Part shown: positions 45,256-58,294 of the stretch, piece by piece
How the letters are laid out: every line of letters starts with the position of its first letter
How positions within the stretch are numbered: the first letter of the stretch is position 1
NCBI GenBank assembly: GCA_964016885.1
Contig: OZ024741.1
Coordinates: 124,372,001 to 124,436,000, forward strand
Source: Eledone cirrhosa
Lineage: Eukaryota
Reading direction: 5' to 3'
Length of the DNA: 64,000 bases
The notes under the pieces: generated by a model
Told to the model about the DNA's origin: nothing
Seen by the model: the letters and a program-made list of their open reading frames with translations, nothing else
Database searches by the model: none
Made by a program: the position numbers and the translations under genes

Positions 45256-47360
45256 ATGAAGAAACAACATCTGAATATTTCTACAAAGAACATACCCGTA
45301 TCAAGCAGGAAAACATACCTAAAACTCCTGATACAGAAAACAGACGCGTTCATTAAATGGTTGCGTTGGCGTGCCTTTTATTTCGATAATCAGGGAAAAG
45401 CAGACGATAAACAGGATAAATTTGGGTTTAAAACCTATAATCCGAGTAACCCAGCATTGCTACCCTTCGAAAATGATGTCTTGGAACTCATACGGAGTAT
45501 CAAATTTTGGAATAGAAGCAATTCCTTCAAGCAGGACCTGAAGAATAGAATTCGTTCTATTAAGGATTCTAATGCCGTGCACGTCCATTCCGACAAAACT
45601 GGCAATCTATATCAAGTGGAGCGCAGTACTTACCATCAACTGCTACATAATGCTGTAACTAAGGATTACCGTAAAACTAATCGGAGCGTCATTAATGAAA
45701 TCAACGATGCTGGGTTTAAAATCACCTCTGATCTCAACATCCTGGACCGGCTGTACCTCTGGACCCTATTTCTCCCCACTTTACCCTGATGGATCACAAA
45801 TCCAATTTTCCGAACAACCCTTCTATTCGGCTTATTAACCCTACGAAGTCCGATTTAGGTAGACTTAGTAAAAGGATTCTTGATAGAATTATACCTGAAA
45901 ATAGAAGTGTGGCCTCTCGCACTGTGGAACAATTCTGTCGCGGTGATTGATTGGTTCAACGGCATATGCAACAAGGAACATTGCCGTTTTATCCAATTCG
46001 ACATCAGTAATTACTACTCCTCCATCATTTTACCACTTCTCCTTAGAGCTATGAATTTCGCTAAAACACTCACATTGCTTAAGGATTTCGAAGTTGATGT
46101 CATCCTCAATGCCCGTAAGTCGGTGATTAATTTCGACGACTCTATTTGGATTAAAAAATCTAATAGTACCCCATTCGACGTGAGTATGGGCGCCAGCGTT
46201 CTGCGGAGGTTACTGATCTTATCGGCCCTTTCCTGCTTTTCTCTATCAAGGACGAATTCCCCAACGTGGGCGGTGGTTTGTACCGTGATGATGGTCTTTT
46301 GACCATGACTAAGTGCGGCCCACGTGCTTGCGACAGGTTCAGAAAAGAACTCACAGCCTTCTTTAAAGGCTTCAACCTCTCCATACAGATTGAGGCCAAC
46401 CTCTCTGTCGTTAATTACCTCGATGTTACCCTCAATTTATCGAATGGCTTGCATTACCAGTATAGAAAGATGAATGATACGCTTAATTACATAAATAAGC
46501 ATTCTAACCATCCTGCCAGCATAACTAAGAACCTGATAAGAAACGTTTCTTTGGGGCTTTCCCCTCTATCTACTCACGAGCATATTTTCAACGACCATTC
46601 CACATATTACAATGAAGCTCTTGCTCGGAGTGGATTTGTCGATAAGGTAGCATATACAGAGTACGAGAATAGACCTAGAAGAAATATATCCCGAAGCATT
46701 ATATGGTATAACCCACCATATAATATGGAGGTGGCCACACCATTAGCTAAGATCTTTCTCTCCCTTATTATGAAGCATTTTACCCCTACACATAAATTTA
46801 GTAACATTTTTAATAGAAATACTATTAAAATGTCTTACTCTACGACTCCTAACCTTGCACATAACATCACAGCTTCAAATTTAGCTAAACTACCTAGCCG
46901 TAGGAACACGTGCAACCCTGTAGTTAGTACTAACTGAAATTGTAGGAATCGGGTTTACTGCCCCCTATCCGGGAAATGCCTCTCTAGTAACATTGTCTAC
47001 AAATGTATGGTTCAAACACCCACGTCCCGTAGGGCCTACATAGGGTTAACCGTCAATAGATTCAAGCAGCGTCTTTACATGCATACACATTCTTTTCGTT
47101 ACCCTTTAAGAAGGAATATGACGTCACTTTCAGCTTATAACTGGGGTCTAAAAGACAACCATACCCAATATAAGTTGCACTGGGAGATCCTAGCTGGGGC
47201 TAGATCGTATAACGGAAATAAAATACCAAGTGACCTCTGCGCCACTGAGGCCCTGGAAATACTCTACGCCAAAGACCACAACTTAAACAAAAAGTCTGAG
47301 GCAATTTCGGCTTGTAAACATAAATTGCACAAAACTTTCCTGTATTACAGCCCAACATAA
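45256..47360 (+). pseudogene. Naiad-1 RT plus GIY-YIG polyprotein (frameshifts and one TGA)
   Basis: STKNIP, LRWRAFYF, SDKTGNLY, QFDISNYYSSI, FDVSMG, GLYRDDGL, WYNPPY, (x)NCRNR..CP, AYIGLT, LNKKSE..CKH. Confidence 0.93.
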
Positions 47361-48393
47361 TATCCTACCGGATAGTACGAACTATACGCGGATATTTTAC
47401 GTCTTGGTGTGGTAGCTAAGAATATGTTATGTTTATACCATTACTTATTTGTATAGGTAAGTATATATTACCTGTATGTTTTGTGAAGGTACGTATACTT
47501 CCTCGTACGTATATTTGATTGTATATGTTATGGCGTATATATTATATATTCTGGTACATATGCTTTTGGTTATGTGTATACGTGAGTTTTGCGTATGTGT
47601 GAGTATGCGGGTTCGTACGTATGTAGGGTGTGTGTATATGTGTACTTCGTGTTTTGGTTGACGTTCGTCTCCGAACATATGTGTATTTACATGTAGGTAT
47701 GTGTGTGCGCTTGTTATATACGTATTTATTTATTTATATATGTTTATTTAATTATATGTATACACGCACACACATATATATATTTTTTTTATAGATATAT
47801 TTATGTGTATTTGGTGTATACATTCGTATGCGTGCGGGTACAGGCGTTGCGTGGAGTCTGTATGTGCGTGCGGTTTTTTTTTTGGTTTTTTGTACGTGCG
47901 TGTATTTGTATACCTATGGCTATTAATTTCGCGTATGCTTCTGTATGTACTTATATGGATGCGTGTATGTATTTATTTAATTTCAATTACCTCTGTATTT
48001 TATTTACTTTATTCTTAACTCTGAAGCCGAGAATCATTCGGTTTCCTAGTTAGAATTTTAGTCTACGACGTCAGTTATACCATTTACGTGGTTTTGTCTT
48101 TGCGTGCAATTGTTCTCCCGCTCCACATATGACGTATATCTTCGTTTTTTCCGTTCATTTCCAGAGTACGTCTCTATGAACCACCTAATAGTATATTAGT
48201 CTACGAATTCGTTTATTCCATAAACGTGGTTTTGTCTTTGCATGTAATTGTTTTTCACCGCTCTAAATAATGACGTATTATATTCGTTTTTTCCCGTTCT
48301 TTGCCAGGGAACCAAAGTATCGTCTTGCTGTCTTCCTCCAGGTGCAACGTTTTTTTGAAATATTCACTTCTGCGTTCACAGATTGACTTTGTT

Positions 48394-48444
48394 AGTTTCA
48401 GAAGACCCTGTTAAGGGTGAAAGCAGCGATTATTTGCTTAAACT
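48394..48444 (+). ncRNA. Hammerhead-like F9, 3' pLTR
   Basis: agttt-CAGAAGA-ccct/gtta/aggg.t-GAAA-gca/.../tgc-TT-aaact. Confidence 0.6.
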
Positions 48445-48480
48445 TTAATCTGTTATTTTTATATATATATATACATATAT

Positions 48481-48839
48481 AAAAGAAATAGGATTTCGCT
48501 TCAAGCATAGCTTTATATAATTTGTATAAATATTTCATATCTCCAAAGAAATACAGTTTTAGGAAGCTTAGCTATGCAAACACCGGGGAGACAACCATCT
48601 AAGCATTTCAGGCTTAAATGAACTTCGTCAGGACGGTCCCTACCACCGCTTGCGACTGCTGGACTAGAAGACAGCTGAGAATATATACTTTTCTCGTCTG
48701 TGTAAATGAGGCGATTAATCTCATTTGCATACGAAGCTGCATAAGTTGGCTCAACTTCTAACAAAAAATAAATAGGATTTCGCTTCAACCATAGCGTTAT
48801 ACAATATGTGTTAATATTTTGTATCTCCAAAGAAATACA

Positions 48840-48845
<6 letters not shown>
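48481..48845 (-). mobile_element. ~365-bp non-coding element with ~80-bp terminal direct repeats and an HHR
   Basis: Direct repeats 48487-48560 / 48770-48844; TA-flanked. Confidence 0.7.
48594..48637 (-). ncRNA. Minimal hammerhead (F10)
   Basis: accgtc-CTGACGA-ag...ct-GAAA-TGCT-TA-gatggt; 6-bp stem I, weak stem II. Confidence 0.7.
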
Positions 48846-48938
<93 letters not shown>

Positions 48939-48978
48939 ATATAATATAAGATTAAAATATGGTTAAAAGAGTTCCAAG

Positions 48979-49049
48979 TATTCTATTATGCGCATTTCAA
49001 AAACAAATATCATCATGGGATGATATTTGCGTTCTCATCAGATAAAATA
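48979..49049 (-). ncRNA. Hammerhead F11, inverted copy
   Basis: Reverse complement of 50096-50166 with one stem I mismatch. Confidence 0.85.
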
Positions 49050-50095
49050 GGGAGACATGATATGAATCTTAAAAAACACTTGCGAGCAGTGAAGTGTTAA
49101 CTCAACATATGAAAAATAAAGTAAGATGGATATATGAGATTGGGGAAAAGAAGGGGAGGGGTAGGAGTATAAGAAGGAAGGATGAGAGAGGAGGTGAAAT
49201 GAGTGATAGAGAGAGAGAGAAATAGCCTTTAAAACAGAGAAAACATTGTCTCACAGAGAGAAATTAAAAAACTGTTGAAAGATAATAGATAATTTAAAAA
49301 GATTTTGAAATTAAAAGTTAATGGGGTTTATGAATGGTGATGTTTATGTTTAAAGAAAAAGGAATTAAGAATAGTATTTATTTAAGGTTTATTGAAGGGT
49401 TTAATAATATGTGCGAAAAAAGAATTTATTAATATGTATTATTAAAATTATAATATTAAGGATATAATGTGAGTGATGGAGAGATTAAATAAATTATGAA
49501 TTTAGAGGAATTAGTTAGGGTTTAAGTTTGTTTTAATGTATTGTAATATGTAAAAGTAGATAATAGGTTTAATACGAGTACGGAAGGAGAGAAGAAAGAA
49601 GAAAGTTTAAGGGAGAAAAAATATATAACGTAAAAAAATATATATGTTTACCAAATTTACTAATGGTAATATTAGTATATATTTAAAAAAATATAGTTTG
49701 TATGGCCAAGAATATAAGGAAAAATGAAAAATGCTATAGTGAGTAGTAATATGAATTAAGAAGTAATTGAGAAGTAAAAGTTACAGATTAAAGATTAGAA
49801 ATTAAAAAAGAAAAAAGGAAGAAATGAAAAAGGATAAAAAGAAAAAGGATAGGGGATCACTAACGACAGAATGAGTAAATGTTATAATATAATACTGAAA
49901 TAAGTTAGAAAAATGGGTATATTTGTAAAAGATATAAAAGCGTTTGAGAAAAGAAGATTTTAAAACTAAGGTATTACGTATTGAGATATTAGCTGTATAC
50001 TTTATGGAAAGTTCTATGGGATTTATAGAAGCAGAGAGTTGATTTAACACTTCACTGCTCGCAAGTGTTTTTTTAAGTTTCATATCATGTCTCCC

Positions 50096-50166
50096 TATTT
50101 TATCTGATGAGAACGCAAATATCATCCCATGATGATATTTGTTTTTGAAATGCGCATAATAAAATA
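50096..50166 (+). ncRNA. Type I hammerhead ribozyme (F11), 5' pLTR
   Basis: tattttat-CTGATGA-caaatatcatc/ccat/gatgatatttg-GAAA-T/GCGC/A-TA-ataaaata. Confidence 0.9.
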
Positions 50167-50371
50167 CTTGGAACTCTTTTAACCATCTTTTGATCTTATA
50201 TTATTTTTATACTCCAGTCCTATAAACTGTGGAGTGCTACTTATCCGATATTTGTATTGCTTTATTGTGCTACAATAAAACTCACCTCCTACATTAACTT
50301 GCTCCTTGATTGTTTGAGCGCTAACTCTTATATCGGATACCTTTGATGGTCTCTAATTTTTCTTCTATAAC

Positions 50372-52740
50372 ATGGATTATTACAACATAACGACTTCAAT
50401 TAAAGACATTCCTATACCTGGTAAATCTGAGTTCACTAAACTTCTGACTGAAAAAATTGACTCTTTTGTGAGAAGTCGTAGATGGATCGCTTTTTTCCAC
50501 GACCAGCGCTTAAAAGGAAATTTCTATACTAAGGAACATAAGAATTTTGATCATTTATTTATCTCTAGAATAAAAAATCTAGCGCAGTTTGAGGAAGAAT
50601 TAACTAATATTATAAGAGGTCTTAAAGAGAAACCCTTATAGAGGACAGGAGCACCTTATAAATCTCAGGAATACGATTTCGAATCTTAATTCCTCTAAAA
50701 AGGTTTTAGTCCATTCCGACAAAACTAATAATTTATATGGTGTATCTAAAGATAAGTATAATAACCTTATCATTAAGTAACTAAGGAAGAATTATCGTAA
50801 AGCTAACCACGACAATTTGGAATCTATAAACCTGGAAGCTTCTAAGATTATGTCTAAACTTGGCATCGAGAAAAAGACCGAACCATTCTTCCCATGAACT
50901 CCGAGGATAAATCTCAAGGATCATAAAAGTAACTTTCGAACGGAACTGCCTGTTAGACTAATCACCCCCTCTAAATCAGATCTGGGGGTTGTTAGTAAAT
51001 CCATCTTGGATAGAATTATCCCACAGGTTCGTTCTAATTGCTCTATTTCTAACTTAAATTTATGGATTGGTACATCTGAAGTAATTAACTGGTTCAATGA
51101 CCTGAATAATAAAAACAAAAATATTGTATTCAGTTTGACATTGCCAGTTACTATTCTTCTATTTCGCCTTCACTCCTCAACAACGCTCTATCTTTCGCAT
51201 TTAAATATTCTGACATTACCACAGATGAACTTTACATCATTCTCACCGCAATAAAAACTATCTTGGAATTCAACAACGAATATTGGACTAGAGCTGATAC
51301 TTCCAACAATTTTGATATCACAAATGGTGCGTACGATTCATCGCAACTGACGGACTTGATTGGTATCTTTATTTTGAATTCTTTAAATCGGAAAGTTCCT
51401 CAACTTCGCGGTTGAATTTATCGTGACGATGCCCTTTTTACTGTCTTAATCTGTAACTTAGTTAACCTTAATATTATTAAGAACAATATACTTGATATAT
51501 TTAAGCACCATAACCTTAAAATTTAATTTGATGACAACGTTAAACTAGCTAACTTCCTGGATATATCCCTTAATCTTGACACCGGCCTATATTACCCTTA
51601 CCATAAAGACAATGAGAATCTAAATTATGTTAATTTAAATCTAACCACCCCACTAACGTTAAAAATGCTATAGTCAGTAATGTTGAAAAATGAATCTCAA
51701 ATCTATCCACTAATATAGTTATCTTCAACGCTAATGCCAACTATTATAATAATGCGCTTTCCAAAGCCGGTTATCCTGATAAAATTAAATACAGTACAGA
51801 AACCAATCATCGAAGGATTATAGTAAAATAGTTAGTTATGAACATTCCAATAACTTAAATAAAAGACCTAGATACAAAAATATAATTTGGTATAATGCTC
51901 CTTTTTCTCTATCTATTACTAGTAATATTCCTAAACTATTTTTAGGGCCTTAGGTAAATGCTTCCCTCCCTCGCATATCTATAGTAAGATCTTTAACAAA
52001 CATACATCAAATTCTCTTATTCCTCAGCTTCCAACATCTCTAACATTATCTCTAAACGCAATGATAAAATATTAAATAATAAATGATATCCATCCAACAC
52101 TGAACGTCATAATAATAGCAATAGTAAACCCGACGTCAATGTTACTCTAGGCTAGATTCAGTAAATTTAAATACGACGTCAAACGTAACTTCGTTGAATG
52201 TTCATAACACCAATTTAAATCAGGAAACTATAGTTCCTATCGTAAATAACTTCTCCAATTCAATTCCTTATATAAATAATACCAGATCACTTGTTAATAA
52301 CTCTGGTAATTTCTCTAATCGTAATGGTAATTGCCCTGTTAGAACTAAATGTCTTCTTAATAACCAATGTCTTGATAAAAACTTAGTGTATGAATGTAAG
52401 GTTATAACTGGTACTAATTCTTTTACCTATTTCGGTTCCACTTCCACTTCCTTTAAAGCAAGATTTTATAATCACAATTCGTGTTTTAAATACCAACTTA
52501 AAATAATAAGACAGCACTCTCGGAACTCATATGGTCCTTAAAAGACAAAAAATATTAACTATAAATCTCTTGGAGGAAGGTTTGCAACGCCTTTCCTTAC
52601 CGGAATTCTTCCCTATCCAGAACATGTAATCTCTGCCTAGCCGAGAAATTTACCATTATATCTAATTATAATTCTATAATAAATAGACGTACGGATTTAT
52701 TTTCGCTCTGCTTGTATAAATCCCATAGAACTTTCCATAA
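50372..52740 (+). pseudogene. Naiad-2 RT plus GIY-YIG (many stops and frameshifts)
   Basis: SIKDIP, RWIAFF, HSDKTNNLY, RLITPSKSDLG, QFDIASYYSSI, IYRDD, WYNAPFS, NCPVRTKC, LVYECKV...YFGSTSTSFKARFYNH. Confidence 0.9.
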
Positions 52741-53721
52741 AGTATACAGCTAATATCTCAATACCTAATTAGTTTTAAAATCTTTTCTCAAACGCTTTTA
52801 TATCTTTTACAAATATACCCATCTTTCTACCTTATTTCAGTATTATATTATAAAATTTACTCATTCTATGTCGTTAGTGATCCCCTATCTTTCTTCTTTT
52901 TATCCTTTTTCCTTTCTTCCTTTTTTCTTTTTTAATTTCTAATCTTTAATCTGTAACTTTTACTTCTCAATTATTTCTTAATTCATATTACTACTCACTA
53001 TAGCATTTTTCATTTTTCCTTATATTCTTGGCCATACAAACTATATTTTTTTTAATATATAATAATATAACCATTAGTAAATTTTGTAAACATATATATT
53101 TTTTTACGTTATATATTTTTTCTCCCTTAAACTTTCTTCTTTCTTCTCTCATTCCGTACTCCTATTAAACCTATTATCTACTTTTACATATTACAATACA
53201 TTAAAACAAACTTAAACCCTAACTAATTCCTCTAAATTCATAATTTATTTAATCGCTCCGTCACTCATATTATATCCTTAATATTTTAATTTTAATAATA
53301 CATATTAATAAATTCTTTTTTTCGCACATATTAAACCCTTCAATAAACCTTAAATAAATACTATTCTTAATTCCTTTTTCTTTAATCATAAACATCACCA
53401 TTCATAAACCTCATTAACTTTTAATTTCAAATCTTTTTAAATTATCTATTATCTTTCAACAGTTTTTTAATTTCTCTCTGTGAGACAATGTTTTCTCTGT
53501 TTTAAAGGCTATTTCTCTCTCTCTCACTCATTTCTCCTCCTCTCTCATCTTTCCTTCTTATACTCCTCGCCCGTCATCCCTTTCTTTCTTCCTCTTCCTT
53601 ATCTTTTCCTACCCCCCTCCCTTATTCCCAATCTCATATATCTATCTTACTTTATTTTTCATATGTTGATTTAACACTTCACTGCTCGCAAGTTGTTTTT
53701 AAGCTTCATATCATGTCTCCC

Positions 53722-53792
53722 TATTTTATCTGATGAGAACGCAAATATCATCGCATGATGATATTTGTTTTTGAAATGCGCATAATAAAATA
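53722..53792 (+). ncRNA. Type I hammerhead ribozyme (F11), 3' pLTR
   Basis: Same fold as 50096-50166. Confidence 0.9.
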
Positions 53793-53969
53793 CTTGGAAC
53801 ACGTTTAACCTTCTTTTGATCTTATATTATTTTTATACTCCAGCCCTATAAACTGTGGAGTGCTACTTATCCGATATTTGCATAGCTTTATTGTGCTACA
53901 ATAAAACTCACCTCCTACATTATATTATATATATATATATATAAATTATATATATATTATATATATAAT

Positions 53970-54101
<132 letters not shown>

Positions 54102-54104
54102 TAT

Positions 54105-56610
54105 ATTGTTATACTTGGGGAGGGTCATATTTGTGTAATAATATTGCCAGAATTAATAACAGAACACATTCATCACTGTTTGGTTGATTTACGCTTCTTT
54201 GTCTTTTATATCGTTTAATTTAATTTATTCTGTCCTCAATGTTATCATTGACTGACCAACGGTCAAAAATACAGATATAATATAGACACAAACACATATA
54301 TATAGTCTAACAAAGTTCTTTCGTTGCACATCTGCAACATCGTCAGTGGTGCTATTATGTTTCCTCCTGTTGTATTGTATGCCTACGCCATCTTTATTTA
54401 GTCTGTTTATTTATTTATTTATTTATTTTTCTGTCTGCTCTGCGCATACGTTTGCGTGTGTGTATAGTGTTTGATGTGTGTTCCTGTTTGGGTGACTGTG
54501 TATTAGTTATTGTATTCAATCTTAGTTTACTAGTGTGTGTTTATATGTGTTTGTTGTTATTGTGCTTGTGTATGTATTTATTTATTTATTTATACTTCTC
54601 TTAGGTCAGTATTGTTTGTTTGGGTGTTGTTATTCCATTCATTTTTTCTGTTTAGCCGTGGCCTTCTAAGTTCTATTTCGCTGGCTTCTCTGATTTGCTT
54701 ATCTGCTGGGTCATTTCTATGTTTAGATATTATTTCAATTTCTATGTTGTCTATGTTACCGTCGTGTTGTTGTCTGGCATGTTCGTACTGAACCGTATTT
54801 TCGCACTTTTCGCCCCCCCCCCCCCCCCAGTGTTGGTCTATCGTTTCACCTTTGCTACGAGCTGTCTCACCTATGTAAGTTGTTGTCATGTTTCTGCAAG
54901 TACCCTCTGTACATCCTATGCTATAAACTACGTTTCTAGTTTTACAGTTTATCCGGGGTTTACTTTACATATAATACATTTCCTATTAGTACAGTGGGTT
55001 TTCTTAAAAGGGTAGGTTTTGCTGATCAGGGATTTTATGGTCGTTCCTGGCTTTTCTACCACCTTAATCTTTAAGTGGGTCTTTCTAAGGGCCTTTCTAC
55101 ACTGGTTAGCTAATTTTCCTCCAGGGGTAGCGTCCACAAACATGACACTCTGGTATCTCTGGTTGTCGTACCATGAGGTGGCTTTCCCTATCTTATGTCT
55201 AGTCCTATCTAAGCTATTTCATTGTTTGCGCTCCTGTATAATTGGCAAATTCATTTAAAGGCCAGTTATATGAGGGTCGTATACTTCTCTGTGGCTCCTT
55301 AGTATACTCTGATTCTGTCTCTTTGGTTGTAGCCAGAGAACTGCATGCGGTTGATGAAGTGTTGGATGTGTCTTTCCAATTTCTGTTGGGTCGCACATGC
55401 GGGACACTTTCTTCACCACTCGTACCAAGTCTGCGATCAGAATATTAAACTTGGCCCTACTGGACATTGCTGAGCTTTTGAGTATCAGGTATTTGGAGGC
55501 CATGGGTTTAGCGTAGTGTGAGTGGAGAATTTGGGCTCTCTCGTCTATAGTGTTAATCCAGAATTCCGTGTCTAATACAGGTAGTCTATTGTTGGGGTGT
55601 TTGAAAGGGTAGTCGATAGTTACAGTTATACTTTGGTGTATGGAATTAGCTATCTGCTGGATGCTTTCCATTATGCTACGTTCTAAATCAAACTTGTTAG
55701 TGCTCTCTTGTGGGGATGTCCTTGTTACTATATTGATGTCGTCTACGTAACGAGAGTACATGAGATCTATGGAGCTCTCATCAAGGAGATCTTTGAGTCT
55801 CCTTTCCCACCATACCATAAAAAGGTTGGCAACGTCACCAGCTATGCGGACGCCAATGGCTGCTCCCTCATTTTGGATGTAGATCTTGTTGAATTTGAAT
55901 ATGTGGCCCTTTATGGTAGTTTTGATACTAACTCCTATTGTATGTGCGACCATTTTTCTTACCTGATCATTGTTTTTGGGGGGTCCGTATAGCTTTCGTC
56001 CACCCAATCCACCTTCCCATAGGAATCTTTTTTTGCCATTGAGGTTATGGTGGGGGGTCTACCTCTTATGGGTCTACTGGGGCAGAAACGTCTAAGGTCA
56101 TGGCTGTCTAGGTAGTCAGTGTCATAGGTAAGTCTAAGTAGGAGGCCCAGTTTGTATGTGTCGACGTCTCAGAACTCCACCTCACTCTCAATGATCATCT
56201 CCACATATTTTTCCACAGAAAAATCAATGTTAATGGATGGGTACAGTGATACCACATCAATACTGCTTATTATGCAGTTGGATAGGTTTTTGTTTTTGTT
56301 GCACTAACTGATTCTGCTGAGGAGGTCCTCAGTGATACTCAATTTATTGTGTGTTACAATTGTTTCGCCGGCAGACAGCTCGTGACACGATCATGGTATG
56401 GATCTGTCTGATTTTGGGACTGCAGGTTCGTCGGACACTTCGGAACAAATATTCTCACTGGGGTTTTAGCTTAAAAAAACATCTTCCTCGCTTTCCTGCT
56501 GTTGGGTGTTATTTTTTCTACGTCATCCTGAATTCTGGCTAATGTTTGCTGCCATACTGCCCATCAGCTACTCTCCGTCTGACACACTCCAATGAATTCA
56601 TGCTGGGTTT
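54105..56610 (-). mobile_element. Penelope-like element P3, 5'-truncated, HHR F6 at 54309-54350
   Basis: RT and GIY-YIG remnants on the minus strand; 3' end runs into (TA)n. Confidence 0.9.
54590..56340 (-). pseudogene. PLE-P3 RT plus GIY-YIG (frameshifted)
   Basis: SIDVVSLYPSI, QNEGAAIGVRIAGDVANLFM, YSRYVDD, LPVLD, HYAKPMAS, CTNRKCIIC, YIGETARS. Confidence 0.92.
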
Positions 56611-56943
56611 GGTATTTCACAAGTCACTCACACACTCATATACACACATATACACATACACATATATATATATATACACATACACACACACACGCCCATA
56701 TACATACATGCATGTATATATATGTACACACACACATACATACACACACATGTACATATACACACCCATATACATATACACACACGTGCTCTCACATACA
56801 CACACTCAGATCCCCCTATGTATATGTCTGTAGGTGTTTGTGTATATGAATAGATGTACGCGTACGCATTTGTGTGTCCATCTATGCGTGTGCGTGAGTG
56901 TGTGTGCGTGTATGTACGTGTGCGTGCGTGTGGGAGGTATGTT

Positions 56944-56975
<32 letters not shown>

Positions 56976-56977
56976 CA

Positions 56978-57020
<43 letters not shown>

Positions 57021-57021
57021 A

Positions 57022-57105
<84 letters not shown>

Positions 57106-57147
57106 ACTATATATATATATTATATATATATTATATATATATATATG

Positions 57148-57225
<78 letters not shown>

Positions 57226-57227
<2 letters not shown>

Positions 57228-57502
57228 TGACGTAAAATAAGAAAATTATAAAATTAACTTACTTACTAAAATATCACTTCCAAGTGGAAATTATAAAATT
57301 AACTTACTTACTAAAATATCACTTCCACTGGAAGTGATATTTTAGTAAGTAAGTTAATTTTATAATTTTCTTATTTTACGTCTCTTATATTATTGTTCTG
57401 CAACCCCATGCATTGAACCACACTGTTATTAAGACAAAACCTATATATTTGCTAGCATTGATATGCATCTGTATGTATATATATGTTACTAGATATGAAT
57501 TC
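57226..57502 (+). mobile_element. F8-family tail preceded by two inverted partial copies
   Basis: 57329-57502 matches the reverse complement of 37211-37381; 57229-57281 and 57288-57327 are inverted copies of its start. Confidence 0.8.
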
Positions 57503-58121
57503 TTTATATATATATATATATATATATATAAAAGCAAGTCGGTCTGTGTGTGTGTGTGTCTGTCTGGTTGTGTACAAATACTAGGCTTCTTTTAACTTTT
57601 GAAGTACTAGGCCGATTTCAACCAAATTTGGCACACGTATTGCTTATATGCCAGTGCAGGCTTTGGAAAAAAACGATATTGGGGCCAAAAAATCGATTTT
57701 GTGTGTGTATCTGGCTGTGTACAAATACTAGGCTCCTTTTAACTTTTGAAGTACTAGGCCGATTTGGCACGTACTATTGAGGCGACCTCTCATCGGCTCG
57801 CCAATTAGCTAACATAAGCTGACATGCACTCAGAAATTGCTAGCTAAGCCATACACAACCTTGAACAATTTGCCCGATTGAAGGTCGCGATTTCTAATTG
57901 GACTACGCAACTAACATTAGTCAACATAACTGAACATATACCGTGCATATTCCTGTGAGAAATACGTTTGATAGCACGACGTTCAATCATGTCACTGTAC
58001 ACCTATTTTGTTAAACTTTTTTTACAATTACATTTCAATTCTTTGCTCAACCTTTGGCTCTCTTTATACAGACAAACAGGCTGTCATTCATTTCCCGAGC
58101 AACGCTGGGTGCATCTGCTGG
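57501..58121 (+). mobile_element. Non-autonomous Helitron
   Basis: TC...(TA)n start; GT-rich tract; 'ccgatttcaaccaaatttggcaca' subterminal motif; 3' hairpin ccc.agc/gctggg then CTGG-T. Confidence 0.7.
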
Positions 58122-58124
58122 TAT

Positions 58125-58156
<32 letters not shown>

Positions 58157-58200
58157 AATATATATACATATATATATATATTATATAGGAAAAAGTATGA

Positions 58201-58294
58201 CCCCGACGGCAGAGCTCAAGCCGTCTCGACGGCTATTTCTGGACTAAATTGGAATGTTTAGCCTGGTGAATAAATAGCCAAACTTTTCAAGGGG
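58201..58294 (-). ncRNA. Hammerhead F12, inverted copy (GAAA mutated to GAGA)
   Basis: cccc-TTGAAAA-...-GAGA-cggc/ttgagctct/gccg-TC-gggg. Confidence 0.6.

Larger units (their letters stand above)
48945..53920 (+). mobile_element. Full-length decayed Naiad-type PLE (Naiad-2): inverted 1.1-kb pLTR, direct 255-bp pLTR, ORF, 3' pLTR
   Basis: 48945-50036 is the reverse complement of ~52706-53830; 50038-50295 duplicates 53665-53920; TA-flanked. Confidence 0.92.

Noticed and set aside
50372-52740. TGA codons in Naiad-2 as selenocysteine
   Set aside because: They fall at Gly/Arg-type positions alongside TAA/TAG stops and frameshifts, consistent with decay
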